A stretch of 64,000 bases of DNA. It comes from the human T2T-CHM13v2.0 reference genome, Homo sapiens. The stretch lies in the NCBI RefSeq assembly GCF_009914755.1, contig NC_060937.1. One strand, 5' to 3'. The notes below the pieces were generated by a model. That model made no database searches and was not told where the DNA came from. It worked only from the letters and a program-made list of their open reading frames with translations. A program made the position numbers and the translations under genes. Shown here in pieces: positions 47,007 to 62,813 of this stretch (positions are counted from its first letter, which is position 1; each line of letters opens with the position of its first letter).

Positions 47007-47290
47007 CCAGTCTGGGCAACACAGCAAGGCTTCATTTCTATTAAAAAAAAAAATAGCCGGATGTGGTGGCACACACCTGTAATCTCAGCTACTCAGGAAG
47101 CTGAGGTGGGAGGATCGCTTGAGCCCAGGATAAGCCCGCAGTGAGCTGTGATAGTGCCACTGCACTCCAGCCTGGGTGAATGTATAATGTATGCTTTCGT
47201 CAATAGTGCACAAGAGGTAAGACTCTGTTTCAAAAAAAAAAAAAAAAAAAGAAAAAGAAAAAGAAAGAAAAGAGAGACAGAAAAAAAGAA
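47007..47290 (+). mobile_element. 5'-truncated AluJ carrying a 33-bp non-Alu insert
   Basis: Alu text broken at cctgggtgaa|tgtataatgt...cacaa|gaggtaagactctg. Confidence 0.9.
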
Positions 47291-47586
47291 AAACTACCTA
47301 AACATAGTCTGATGAAATTTCTCAAGCCTATGGTTAAAGGGAAAAATTTATAAGCTTCATGACAGGAAAAAAAAATACCGTCATAGAAAAGAGAATCAAA
47401 CTTTTAACTTACAAACCAAATGCTAGAAGATTGTGAAACCACATTCCTAGGGTTTCCTCTTGGAAAAGATTGTTAGTAGCATTCCATACCCACTCAACTT
47501 ATCTATCCTGTGTCAGGGTAAAGGAAGGCAGTCAGTATCCTATATACCTCCTCTGCTAAAAACAAAACAACAGTAAGAAACCTCAA

Positions 47587-48221
<635 letters not shown>

Positions 48222-48312
48222 GGAAAGCATCAAAATAAATAATTCAGAAAAGATGAAGACAAAAAACAGTAATAAACAATAAGACCTGTAAAGTTTAAGT
48301 AATTGTTGGTAA

Positions 48313-48657
<345 letters not shown>

Positions 48658-48889
48658 TAAAGTAGAAGAGGCATCATGTAAAAAAAATAATAACATCAAT
48701 CTAAACATCTGGACGATTTCAGCAGAGCTGGAAATACCCAGCAGGGGAGGCAGAGAGGAATTAGAAGTATGTGAATCACCCTTTTTTAAATCGAGGGAGT
48801 TATTTATATTGTTTAATTCTTGACACTGATGAAAAATACATTTTCAGATATGTCTTTTAGAATTGAAACAGGATTTTTAAAATGTTTCA

Positions 48890-48988
48890 TTTCCCACTTT
48901 AGCAGCACATACACTAAAATTGGAATGACACAGAGCACGGCCCCTGAACAAGGATAACATGCAAGTTTGTGAAGTGTTCCATATTTTT
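48890..48988 (+). pseudogene. U6 snRNA processed pseudogene, near full length, 8-nt internal deletion
   Basis: gcagcacatacactaaaattggaatgacacagag--------cacggcccctgaacaaggataacatgcaagtttgtgaagtgttccatattttt aligns to U6; many CpG transitions; AAGATTAG missing. Confidence 0.93.
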
Positions 48989-49143
48989 GATGACTGGATA
49001 AAGAAAATCTGGTATATTTACTCCATGGAATATTATTCAGCCATAAAAAGCATGAAATCCTGTCATTTGTGGCAACATGAATGGAACTAGAGGACATTCT
49101 GTTAAGAGAAATAAGCCAGGAACAGAAAGTTAAACACCACATG
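48989..49143 (+). mobile_element. L1 (L1MA-like) ORF2-end/3'UTR fragment fused to U6
   Basis: gatgactggataaagaaaatctggtatat...gaaataagccaggaacagaaagttaaacaccacatg. Confidence 0.88.
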
Positions 49144-49146
49144 GGA

Positions 49147-49328
49147 TTCATTAGATTCTTACAAGGAGTGTGCAGTTCACAGTAAAGTTTGTGCTCCTAT
49201 GAGACTCTAATGCTGCCAATGATCTGATAGGAGGCAGAGCTCAGGCTGTAATGCTTGCTGGCCCGCAGCCTGCCTCTGGCTGTGTGGGCCAGTTCCTAAC
49301 AGGTCACGGACTGGTACAGGGATCCCTG
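49147..49328 (+). mobile_element. MER1B-like hAT-Charlie fragment
   Basis: cattagattct...gctcctatgagactctaatgctgcc...gttcctaacaggtcacggactggtac...ccctg. Confidence 0.8.
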
Positions 49329-49429
49329 CTCTAGAACAGTTGTATAATGTACACTTTCATCAATAGTGCACAATAACCATTTCATTGTAACTGCAGCAAT
49401 ACTGCATATTTTAATTTTAAAAAATTAGC

Positions 49430-49534
49430 GGCCGGGTGCGGTGGCTCATGCCTGTAATCCCAGCACTTTGGGAGGACGAGTCGGGCAGATCATGAGGTCA
49501 GGAAATGGAGACCATCCTGGCTAACACGGCTAAC

Positions 49535-49567
<33 letters not shown>

Positions 49568-49570
49568 GCC
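49430..49570 (+). mobile_element. AluY-like left monomer only, with (AAAAC)n
   Basis: ggccgggtgcggtggctc...ctggctaacacggctaacaaaac. Confidence 0.88.
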
Positions 49571-50288
49571 AATTTGTTAAAAATAAGAGTATTTAGGGGT
49601 AGCACTTCATTAATGTTGAAGTCTAACATTTTTTCTATATACTTATTTTTGTCAATTATGATTCCATTTATTTGAAACTGTAGAACATATATGGAATTGG
49701 GGGAGATTGTTTTTATTTTTGCTATTTATATAACTTGTGTAAGTTGCTTTGTAAGTCTTTTACTCATTTTTCTAAGAGACTTAATATTTTTCTTGTGGAT
49801 TTTCGTAAACTTTTCACATATTAAAGACATTAATTCCTTATCCTATTTCCTTCAAATATTTTCCCAGTTTTTCATTTGCCTTTCAGTAGTGCCCTTTGAC
49901 ATATTCAGAATGATTCAATTTGGTCTTAAAATTTATTTGTGCTTAGATAAGTTCTTATGCATCTAAAAATCAGATATGCATATTTACTGGTTTTTGTTTG
50001 TTTATATTTTACTCTATATTCCATGTGAAATTTTAACCTATATGATGAAATGGGAATTTAACTTTATTTCCCCAAATAAGTAATAATTTGTACAACACCG
50101 ATACAGTCCTGAACTCGAATCCTGGCCCAGAGATGAATTCTTGCTTGACCTTGGACACGTTACTTAATCTCTTTAAACATTGCTTTTATCATCTGTAAAA
50201 TGGAGATAATAACACCTACTTTGTAGAGTTATAATAATTAAATAATATAATAAATGCAAAATTCCTAACAAGTATCCTGTTTAATAAC

Positions 50289-50731
50289 TGTGAAGAGCCT
50301 GAGATTTTACCCTACTTGCCAGCTGACAAGTTAGCCTGCCAGTTTCACAGATGCTGGCAGAAGACCCAAGACTCCTGGATCAGAAACAAAGGACTTTATT
50401 ATTATCTAATGCACAGCAGGCAGCAAGAGCATCACCATATGTGCATCAGTTCTCCTTGACTGAAGTCCCATGGTGGTGAAAGGATGAGCCCAGATAATTA
50501 CCTAAACATGAAGTGGGTTGCATTATAGGAGAGGAACTCTGAGTTTAGCTTATCCAAATCTTCTAAAGCGTTCAGTAAGCATGCCTGCCCTTTGCTCTGT
50601 GGGAGCACCTCTATTTTCCAAGGCTGTTTGCTAAATGAACAGCCATAAAAAGATAATCTAAAACAAAGGAGAGTTAGTCCCCCACAAGACTTGCAGAAAA
50701 GTGAAAGACCCATGGAGAATTGTCTCCCAAC
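50289..50731 (-). mobile_element. ERV(L)-class solo LTR (family not resolved)
   Basis: tgtgaagagcctgagattttaccctacttgc ... gaattgtctcccaaca, TG...CA ends. Confidence 0.65.
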
Positions 50732-51498
50732 ACCTGCATGTTCAATAAATGGAATTGTGTTTGTTATTATCTACTAAATTATTGTATACATCTGTCTTTG
50801 GGCTTTCTATTCTCTTTTATTTTATTGGCACTATGTTTATGTAATCTTATGTTCCATGAGAAAAATCTATGTTAATTTAAAAAAATTACTTTTATATAAA
50901 AGCTGAACAGATGATGAATTTAAATAACGTCGTATATAGCAAAGTTAAACAACTTTGCTATATATGGTTTCGGTTATGGTAGAAAAATTGGTTCACATGG
51001 AAATCATCCCCCACTTCCTTTTGTGCTCTAAATACATAACAATGATAGACAAAACATCTTTAGCAACATGTGAAAGACATAACTATCTCAAAAACAAGAT
51101 AAACATATCTGGGAACCACAGTCAGGATAGAAACGTGAAGGCATTATTACATAAAACCACAAGCCTCCTGGGCTCCAGATCCAGAAGCAGGCAAAACTGG
51201 CCACAGGGCTGCCACAGTACACTACTATAGGGGCAGCATTCATATTGCTGGGTTTTTTAAAAAAATATTTTTATTTTTCTCTTTAGAAAAAAAAGGACAG
51301 ACACATTGTTATCTATGTGAATGGCCTCTCCTGGAGCACAGCTCCATTGGAGGGAGGGAACCAGTTTCATTCATAAAGCAGCCTAGAAAACAGTGTGACA
51401 AAGTTGAGAATGCTGCTGATCCGGACTGTGTTGGTATGGAGCTGCATGTATGCTGGAGTGAACATTTGTCATTTGTGGCTGCTTAATATTTTGACCAC

Positions 51499-51855
51499 TG
51501 CCATGGTTTGAATGATGCCTCCAAAACTCATATTGAAATGTAATTGCCATTGTGATGGTATTAAGAGGTGATTAGTCATGCAGGCTGTGCTGTCAGGAAT
51601 GGAGCAATGGTATTGCCATGGGAGTGGGTTTGTTACTGCGAGAGTTGGACCCCTTTCCCTCTCAGTCTTGCTTGCTCTGGCCTCTTGCCATGTGATACCT
51701 TCCATGTTATGATGCAGCAAGAAGACCCTCACCAGACGTGGCCCCTTGGTTTTCGCCTTCCCAGCCTCCATAGCCATGAGCCAAAGAAATATTTTTTTAT
51801 TATAAATTACCCAATCTGTATTCTTGTTATACCTGCAGAAAAACAGACCAAGACA
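51499..51855 (+). mobile_element. MST-type MaLR solo LTR with 5-bp TSD
   Basis: tgccatggtttgaatg ... aaacagaccaagaca; ACCAC on both sides. Confidence 0.88.
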
Positions 51856-52023
51856 ACCACCTTGCCCTCATTGTGGTAATTCTCCATATTGAGTCTTGCC
51901 TTCCCATAGCAGAAGCCAGAAAATGTGCATTCCAGGAGTTCCTTGAAACTAGGCTCCAGGCATGGGACCTTGTCTCGGCCAATCAGGTGTATCCCCATGA
52001 GACGCGGACTTGGGTGAGCAAGG

Positions 52024-53302
<1,279 letters not shown>

Positions 53303-53305
53303 TGA

Positions 53306-53946
<641 letters not shown>

Positions 53947-54184
53947 TAGTACAAGGGGTTTTATGAGGGACTCAGGCTCCTTTCTCACCGTTGTCTGCTG
54001 TCCTCCCTGTGGAGCGTTTGTCCTCATGGCTATAAGTTGCCTGTTGCATCTTCTATATCGGGCGTCAGCAAACTTTGAAGGGGCCAAATGATGATGAACG
54101 CTGTGTCCTCACGTGGTGAAGAACAGAAAAGGGCAAACCCACTCCTAAGCCCTTGTGTAAGAGCCCTACTCCAATCCATGAAGT

Positions 54185-54350
54185 GGGGGCCATAGGTCTT
54201 TGCTAGAGCTACTCAAGTCTGCCATTGCAGCATGAAACAGCCACAGACACGTGTATATAAATGGGCATAGCTGCGTTCCAAAACACTTTATTTATGAAAC
54301 CAGGCAGCAGGTGGAACTGGGCCCGTGGGCCACAGTTTGCGGATCCCTGT
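54185..54350. mobile_element. MER58-like hAT relic
   Basis: aaatgggcatagctgcgttccaaaacactttattta...gggcccgtgggccacagtttgc. Confidence 0.7.
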
Positions 54351-55349
54351 TCCATATCCAGGAGGAGGAGGAAGCAAGGGCCAGAGTCAGCACCTTCAGC
54401 TTAAAGCTCAATGGCCAGAGCTGTGTCGTATGACTACCCCCAACTGCAAAGGCAGTTGGAAGTCTGAGCATCTATTAACATTTACAGCCTTTAGAGCAGG
54501 GCCCCCCAAACATTTTCATGCCATGTGATGCATAGAAAATAGGGGTACATGTTTGATGTTACTTACTGCCAACTGGATACGGGGCAATGGCTGGCCCAAA
54601 TCCTACTTGGCTGCCGCAAAGGTGGAAGGGATCAATTTCTCGGTCACACCTGTAACCCATTTGCAGATGCTGATTGGAAAGTTCTGCCCTGGAGTCAGAC
54701 AGGCAAGGAAGAAGGTTGTAGGACAGAACAAGCTCCCCCACATGTGTACAGACTCAGGGACTGTATCTTTAATATTCTTATGGCACAAAAACTCCCAGGC
54801 ACCACGGAAAACCTGGTTTTCATTAAATACATATTCTAAACTTTGATTGCAAAATTCTTCATAAATAGAGCATTCTTAAAATGTTTTTTAACATGGTGTG
54901 ACACTCTTATTCTGGTACTTCCCAGGAAGTGGGAGTTGACACTTCAAATTGTAGTTTCTCCACCAGAAATAAGGGCTTCTTTTTGCATCCTGTGAGTAAT
55001 TGCGACAGGGTGACAAGACACCCTAGCACTGGCCAAAACCACAAAGCTCCATATTTTTGGATTAGTGTGGGTATTTAAAAAATTATTCCAATCCCTCACA
55101 AAGCTTTCTCTCTGCCCAGGCCCAGCTCTGGCTTTCCCTGGGCCCTCGAGTTCCCCAGTTCTTTTGTGCTCAAGCCCATGCTGTATTTCTGCTTTGCTTT
55201 ACTTCTTGTGACTGAGACACACACGGTGTGATGGAACAGTGGTCTCTAGGCTGCCTTTGCCATAACTCCAGGTATATTCCCTGAAACATGTTTAACCATT
55301 CTCTGTACCTGGCCCATATTTGCTTTGCTGCACATAATATAATACTTTG

Positions 55350-56035
55350 CTAGTGGCCCTTAAGCAGGAGAATATGTATTGTTTACTTAACAAAAAGTTG
55401 AGAGGTGGGCAGCCTGAGGGTGGGTTTGGCAACTCAACAGTGTTACTGGGTGTCTTTTTTCTTCATGGACACAAGCATTGGCTTCTCCTGACAACACCCA
55501 TGAAGGAAAGGGATGGTTGTCAAAGCCTTTCTCTCCCTGCACCTCTCTTAGAGAAGGAGCCCCCAACATATTTCTCCATATGTCTCACTGCCAGAATTGG
55601 GCCACAGCCCAGTCTTAAATTAAACAATCGCAACAAGAAGAGGAGACTAGCCAATCGCAAATCAACCTACACCGCTGAGACCAAACATGGATCAACCTGC
55701 ATGGCTGAGACTAATCACAAGTCAACCTGCATGGCTGAGACCAATTACAAATCAACCTGTATGGCTGAGACCAATTACAAATCAACCTGCATGGCTGAGA
55801 CCAATTACAAGTCAATCTGCATGGCTGAGACCAATCACAAATCAACCTGCATGGCTGAGACCAATTACAAGTCAATCTGCATGGCTGAGAGCAGTCACAA
55901 AACAGCCTGCATGGCTGACATCAATCACAAGTCAACTGGCATGGCTGAGCATACTACTGACCAGACAAAAGGGGATTCCAAGAGCAAGAGACAGGAAGGA
56001 TGGTTATTGGGTAGAAAACCAATAGCACCTGCCAT
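55350..56035. mobile_element. MLT1K/L-like MaLR LTR hosting a minisatellite
   Basis: MLT1-like text on both sides of the array (tgtctcactgccagaattgggccacagccc; ggttattgggtagaaaaccaatagcacctgcca). Confidence 0.55.
55651..55950. repeat. 30-bp minisatellite, 10 copies
   Basis: Unit ccaat(t/c)acaa(a/g)tcaa(c/t)ctgcatggctgaga at exact 30-bp period. Confidence 0.97.
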
Positions 56036-56184
56036 TGTCCCCTCAGCTCTGAGTCAGTTTCCTTGGTGCTTGTTCCTTAGAGTGCAGAGGTCCTGTCTTC
56101 TGTGCCTTTATGATCCCCTCTTAGAATCCACTAGAGTGGCCTGTCCAAACGGAGATTAAAAAGATATTTTTAAAAAATATGTGT

Positions 56185-56735
56185 TCTCATGGAATACTAC
56201 TCAGCATTTAAAGGACAAATTACTGGCACGTGGAACAACATAGATGAATGTCACCAATGATATTATGCTGCGTGAACACAGCCAGCATACTACTTTTTTG
56301 TAGCATACTGCAAAGAGTATATACTGTATGATTGCCTTTATATGACGATAAATAGAACAGCTAAAAATAATCAAAGGTGGAAAAAAATTCAGAACAGTGG
56401 CTACCCATAAGGGGTGTGGAGATTGCCTGGGAAAGGAGCCAAAGAAGCTTTCTGGGAGAAGTAAAATGTTCTATTTTGTGTAATGTGTGGATTACAAGGG
56501 TGTGTCTATTTGTCAAAATCATACTGCTAAGCTGTCAGTGCGTTTGAGTGTATGCACCTTTTACAATAATAATTGAGTGTGGGGAGTGGGGAATGAGGGA
56601 GCTGTAGAGATAAAACAAGAATGACAGAATGTTGTGAATTGTTGGAGCTGGTGGATGAGAACTTGGAACATGGGGTTCACTATCTTTATTGTTTATTTTG
56701 TATGTTTGAAATTTTCTAGAATTAAAAATTGTTCA
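56185..56735 (+). mobile_element. L1ME-type relics
   Basis: catggaatactactcagca; gagtatatactgtatgatt; tgtatgtttgaaattttc. Confidence 0.7.
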
Positions 56736-58361
56736 AAAAGTATTTCTCCCTTCTCTTTCATGCCACTGGGTTTTTAGTTTGCATCTCCTCTCTCCGAGGC
56801 TCTTCTCAGAGAAAGACCTGGATAAGCAGGCTTCTGCTGCCTTCTGGCATCAGGGGGCTAGAACTTAGTATTGTAACCATGAGCATCTCCGTCATCGGGC
56901 AGGGGGCCCAAGTGCAGGCTCCACAATGTGCAATCTGACTCCTTGGAAACAGAGATGCCTACTCTCCCTGTGTGCCTGGCCTCTAGCACAACAGCCTGCT
57001 CAGAGTGGGTGCTCAGCAAATGTTTGGTGAATGAATAAATGAATTATGAATTAACAGAAGAATGAAACTAATAAATGATCGTTGCAATAACCTGTAAAAA
57101 AACTTTTCAAAAAAAAGTGTATCATAGGCAGGACCCAATTTATATAAATGGATCATGCTCCAAAGAGTCATTTGTCACTTGTTTGGATTTCTTGAATTTC
57201 TTCTTAGTGGTAAAGTTTCCAGATCAGCCACTAAATGTGGTGACCTACTTCGAGTGAAAACGTGTAACATCGTTTCAAAGGAAAAAAATGCATTCTGAGA
57301 TCTACCTCCAGAAAACCAGTCTCTAGTTGAAAGCTACACGTCGCCCTGCAGCCTGGCCTGCAGCTCTACTTTCCTGACTTATACAGCCTGGCTGACTGTA
57401 AGATGGAATTAAGTAGTCTGTATTTACTGAGAGGCAATTACTCAAAGCAAGGTGGACAATACAACCTCCTGGAGGCTGTCCTGTCCCATGTTCTATCTCA
57501 TTTCCCATTACAAAGGGCAGCTTCAGAATTTCTACCCAGGAAAGGGCTCAGGGCCCTTGTCTAGAAGCTGTGTTTGTTTTTATTTACATCACAGATGTAT
57601 TTAGAGTTGCTTAGCAGGGGTGGCAGAGGCCCCCTAAGGCACCCCTGGGCACTGTCACTCCTCATACGTTGCAGTTGTTATTGCTTTTACAAATATGAAT
57701 CTTCCACCAGTAAATGGCCTGCCTGGTTACGGCAAGCTTTGTGCTGTTTTCCACACCATTAACCCCATCACCTGGTCAGCACTCCATAGCTGTTGTGGAA
57801 CGGTGATGTCTGGGAGTGAGGCAGCTGAGTGTGGTGCACGCATGGGGTCTGCAGGTGCTTCCAGACCCCTAGCAGAACATCGCCAACCACTGCAGGCTGG
57901 GGCTTGGTTGTACCCCTTTGCAGGTGGCTATGGAGGCATCTCCCATGGGTATTGAAGGAATGATGTCTAGGAGACAGAAGAATGTTTACCCCATGCTATG
58001 TGCTAGTGTTTTGATGTACATGATCTCCTTTTATCTTCACAAACTACCCAGTGAGAATTAGCTAAGTAGCCCCATTTAACAGACAAGGAAACAGAGGCTT
58101 GGAGTGTTGTTCTGCTTGGAGATAAGAAAGTGTATAAACTCACTAAGATATCTAATCCTCAGGGCCAAAGCCCTCAGCACGTTGAGGACACTGAATCCCT
58201 CCTGTCCCCAAGCTCCATTACTATTATGTTGCAGCTACTTCTTGGATGTCAAAAAAATTTCATCCTACAGTCAGCCAGGCTGTATAAGGCAAGAAAGTGG
58301 AGCTGCAGCCCAGGCTGCAGGGTGACACGTAGCCCCCTTACCACCCACTCAAGGACACCCA

Positions 58362-58822
58362 GTGTGTTGGTGTCTTATTCCCACTGTCACGAATGAACAC
58401 AAACCGAGTGACTGAAACCAACATACATGTATTCTCTTACCGTTCTGGAAGCCAGAAGTTCAGGCTCAGTTTCGCTCAGCGAACATCCAGCTGTCAGCCA
58501 ACTGGTTTTTCCTGGAGGCTCTGGGGGGATTCCATTTCCTTGCTTATTCCAGCTTCTAGAGGCTGCTGAATTCCTTGGCTGATCCCCCTGCCTTACACCC
58601 CTTCTACCCCTTGCTTCCCTTGCCCCGTCTCTTACTTCTGTAGTCTAATCTCCCCTGCTTCTCTCTTGAGAGGGCCCTTGTGATGATGGGGGCCCACTTG
58701 GATAATGCAGGATCCGTACTCAGTCCCATCTGCAAAGTCCATTTTGCTGTATGAGGCAACATTCGAAGTTCTGGGGATTAGGCCAGGGGCGTCCTATGGG
58801 GGCCATCACTCAGCCAACCACA
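58362..58822 (-). mobile_element. MLT1-type MaLR solo LTR
   Basis: attctcttaccgttctggaagccagaag; ttccagcttctagaggctgc; catctgcaaagtcc; cagccaaccaca end. Confidence 0.85.
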
Positions 58823-59090
58823 TTCAGCACCACCGCAAAGATCTGGTGTGGGCAGGCCTAGGGGCAGGGTCAACATGCCAGGAAGAGAATGAACTTGGAA
58901 ATGGAAATACCAACATTTCACTTGTTTAAGGATAGAAGAGAAAAATCATCCCACTGCAACTTGAATGAATTGACCATTTCTACTTTTCCTGTTTCCCTTC
59001 CTGTCCTTGGCTAAATGCAGAGGTAATTTTATATAATTGCAGTGATAGGATTAATACAATTTTCTGTTCTGCTTTTTTCACTTAATATCA

Positions 59091-59404
<314 letters not shown>

Positions 59405-60983
59405 TGATAATTGCAACTCAGAATTCATGTTAAATTATTCTTTAATGTAAAAGAGGGTGATGTAAGAGGCTTCCTTTAAGCACCAAAGACCCACTAAGGT
59501 TAACAGATGTGCACAAGGCTGTGCCTGTGTTTTCTGGGCCGGGTCTGTGTCACAATTCCTCCCTCAACATCAGGCTCTGCTCCCCTGATGCCTCGTTCCT
59601 GGAACAATTTAAGATGCTTTCAATTGAAAGTCTTGGAAATCTGTCTAAGCCTTTTATGTCTATTGGGTCCCTCTTGTTTTCTGCTGGATGAAAAGGCCAT
59701 GCAGGAGCCACATTGATGGTGGAGAAGAGAAAATAAATGTGTAAGGGGACACGCTACATAGACACTGGCCTGGGTCTCATTCCAAATGTATTTCCTAACT
59801 CATCCGTGCCCAGCAGCTGAGCTATCAGAAGATTCTGGTGGTGGCTAGATGTTTAGGCCTTTCCTAGACTGGAAATATTTCTTGCTGAAATAGCAGCTGC
59901 ATATGCCTCCCCCAGAGAAGGAAAAGACGACCAGCAAGAAAAGTCATCAGAAAGTTGATTTAATTCCTGCATCCAAAGGTTATTCTGACGCTGCTGTTTC
60001 TCTTTCTAAATCCTACAAAGGTAAGGCAGGAGCAAATTTTACCATAATAGAAAAAAAAAAAAAAACACCCAACCCTTGGGCCTGTGTTTTCAGTAATTAG
60101 CTCAATGTGCTAATGAGAGTCTTCAGGGAGAACGGCATTAATTAATGGGTGAATTTCACTTTAATAAATGTATAGGCAATTTTCTAAATGCAGATGGCAG
60201 AGTCCGCCCTGATGGCTCTACCTAGAGCCACTCAACATGGTAAGTGTCGGAGGAAAGTGGTTAATTTGTAAAATGTTTCATGATCCTGATTAGAAGAGAA
60301 ATAATGCTTGTGTTTGCTTTCCAATGTATTATTCATCTCTTCACAGCCCAAGAACTCCACATCCTTCCCCACCTCCCAGTGTCCTGAGGCTCTTTGTCAC
60401 TCCTCTTTGTTGCTTCCGAAATGAGAAGACCTCTCCCTCTGGAGGACGGGGACCTCCCGCCTCGCCTCGAGTGGGCTCTCTCTCTCCACCAGTTTCTAAT
60501 CCCAGGGAAGGTGAATGCCTTCCACTCTCTCTCTGAGTAGACAGAAAGGGGCAGAATGTTGCCCAAGCAAGATCAATGACACCGTCTAAAAGAAAGTGCC
60601 TTCTAGGCTAGGAAATGCAATGCACCAAAGTCATCATTTCTTTAAGAAATAATTTGCTGGTAGTTGGTTACAGACTTTAAACAACACCAGTCATGATAGG
60701 GAGCTAAGAGAAGTTCTGTTTTTTTAACCAACCCTCTGGGTTCAGTGTTATCTTCCTCCTTCACAGTCAGGCAAACAAAGGACAGGGTGAGAACCTAGGC
60801 TTCAATTTGAAAACACATTTCCAGGCTTTCCAGATGGGCTCATCTCGATGTTTTGAGAATTAAATGGAAAAGTACACCACAATTGTTGCTATTGCTTAGA
60901 GAAAAAGAGATGAAGGACAAGATCACCCATTTGTACCTGGTGCAAAGAGATTTATTGAGCATTTGCTTGTGCGAACCTATTGA

Positions 60984-61347
<364 letters not shown>

Positions 61348-62474
61348 GTGGATCAATAAACTTTAGCAATTACAACAAGTCCAGATTCATTACAACCATT
61401 ATCTTGACAATAAAATCTCAATCTAACAAATCTGTCAGCTGGACTCAAAATAATTGAAAAATCCAGTTAAATAGAAATGCCCTGGCCTGTCACTCAATGT
61501 TTTAATAATCAAAATGGAAAAGCGCTTCACAATTGTTGCTGTTGCTTAAGGGACACAGAGACGAAGGTCAAGATGACCTGTTTGTGCCTGGTGCAAACTC
61601 CCTCCTCATTGGGTGTCGGCCACACTCACCAGAGATCTGTCACCATCACGTACCTTATAAATCTGCGTTGATATCAGAATATGACTCTGAGGAACTGCAC
61701 AATTCTCAAAGCAGATCCCGCCCACCTCGTCTTCGTATGACGTCTTTTCGGGGGAGGCAAATCATCACATTCCAGGGACACTTTTTTATACATAAGGTGG
61801 AATTTCCCCCCTCAACCCACAATGACTCAAAAACCAAGTTAATCGGGTATGATATTCTGATAGATTCTAAATGCAGCACAAAAATCCAGTATAACCACAG
61901 AATTTATATAGTCCTGAAATCACAATTTTTTTTCTTTTTAAGAACCAGAATGGAATTTGGGATTATCAAGTATTCATCACCCAGATGAGAAAACCCAGGC
62001 ATAGAGGAGTTGGGATATTGGCTCCAAGCCAGGTGGCTACAACAGAATGATGTCCAGACCCAGCTCCTAATCTGCAGGGGCCCCATGACCCAAGAGGGAA
62101 ATTTGCCCACTTGCTTTTTTCTTGCCAGTCTGCTGGTGTGCACACTTCTGGGACCCGGGCATGAATGCTGTGGCCCATCGCCCTAGGCTTGGCTGGATTC
62201 TAGTCTTTGGAGTCAACAGGCTGCTAAATTCAGACAAGTGGAGCAAATCTAGCAAAATGGAGAACCAGTATTGCCACGTCAGGACGCAGCGCAGCTTCAC
62301 CAGATGCAATCCCTGTGTCTGCTGGGGACTCCTTCCTAATTCACCAGTCCTGGGAAGGCAGGAAACAGTGAGCCATGCTTCGTTTCATAATCAAGCTGAG
62401 AAGAAAAATGTGTGCTGGTCTCCACTCCATGACATTGATTATTGGGAGTTGGATAATTTTTGAAAAAGTGTTCA

Positions 62475-62813
<339 letters not shown>

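Noticed and set aside
48890-48988. Functional U6 gene
   Set aside because: Deletion next to the ACAGAGA box, many substitutions, no evident PSE/TATA upstream, and fused to L1
55651-55950. CRISPR-like array
   Set aside because: Units are contiguous with no unique spacers, there are no cas genes, and the context is human
55347-56159. 270-aa ORF with STCMAETNYK repeats as a novel protein
   Set aside because: Openness is explained by a stop-free 30-bp unit; non-ATG start, LTR-like flanks, an overlapping frame is also open, and there is no gene structure
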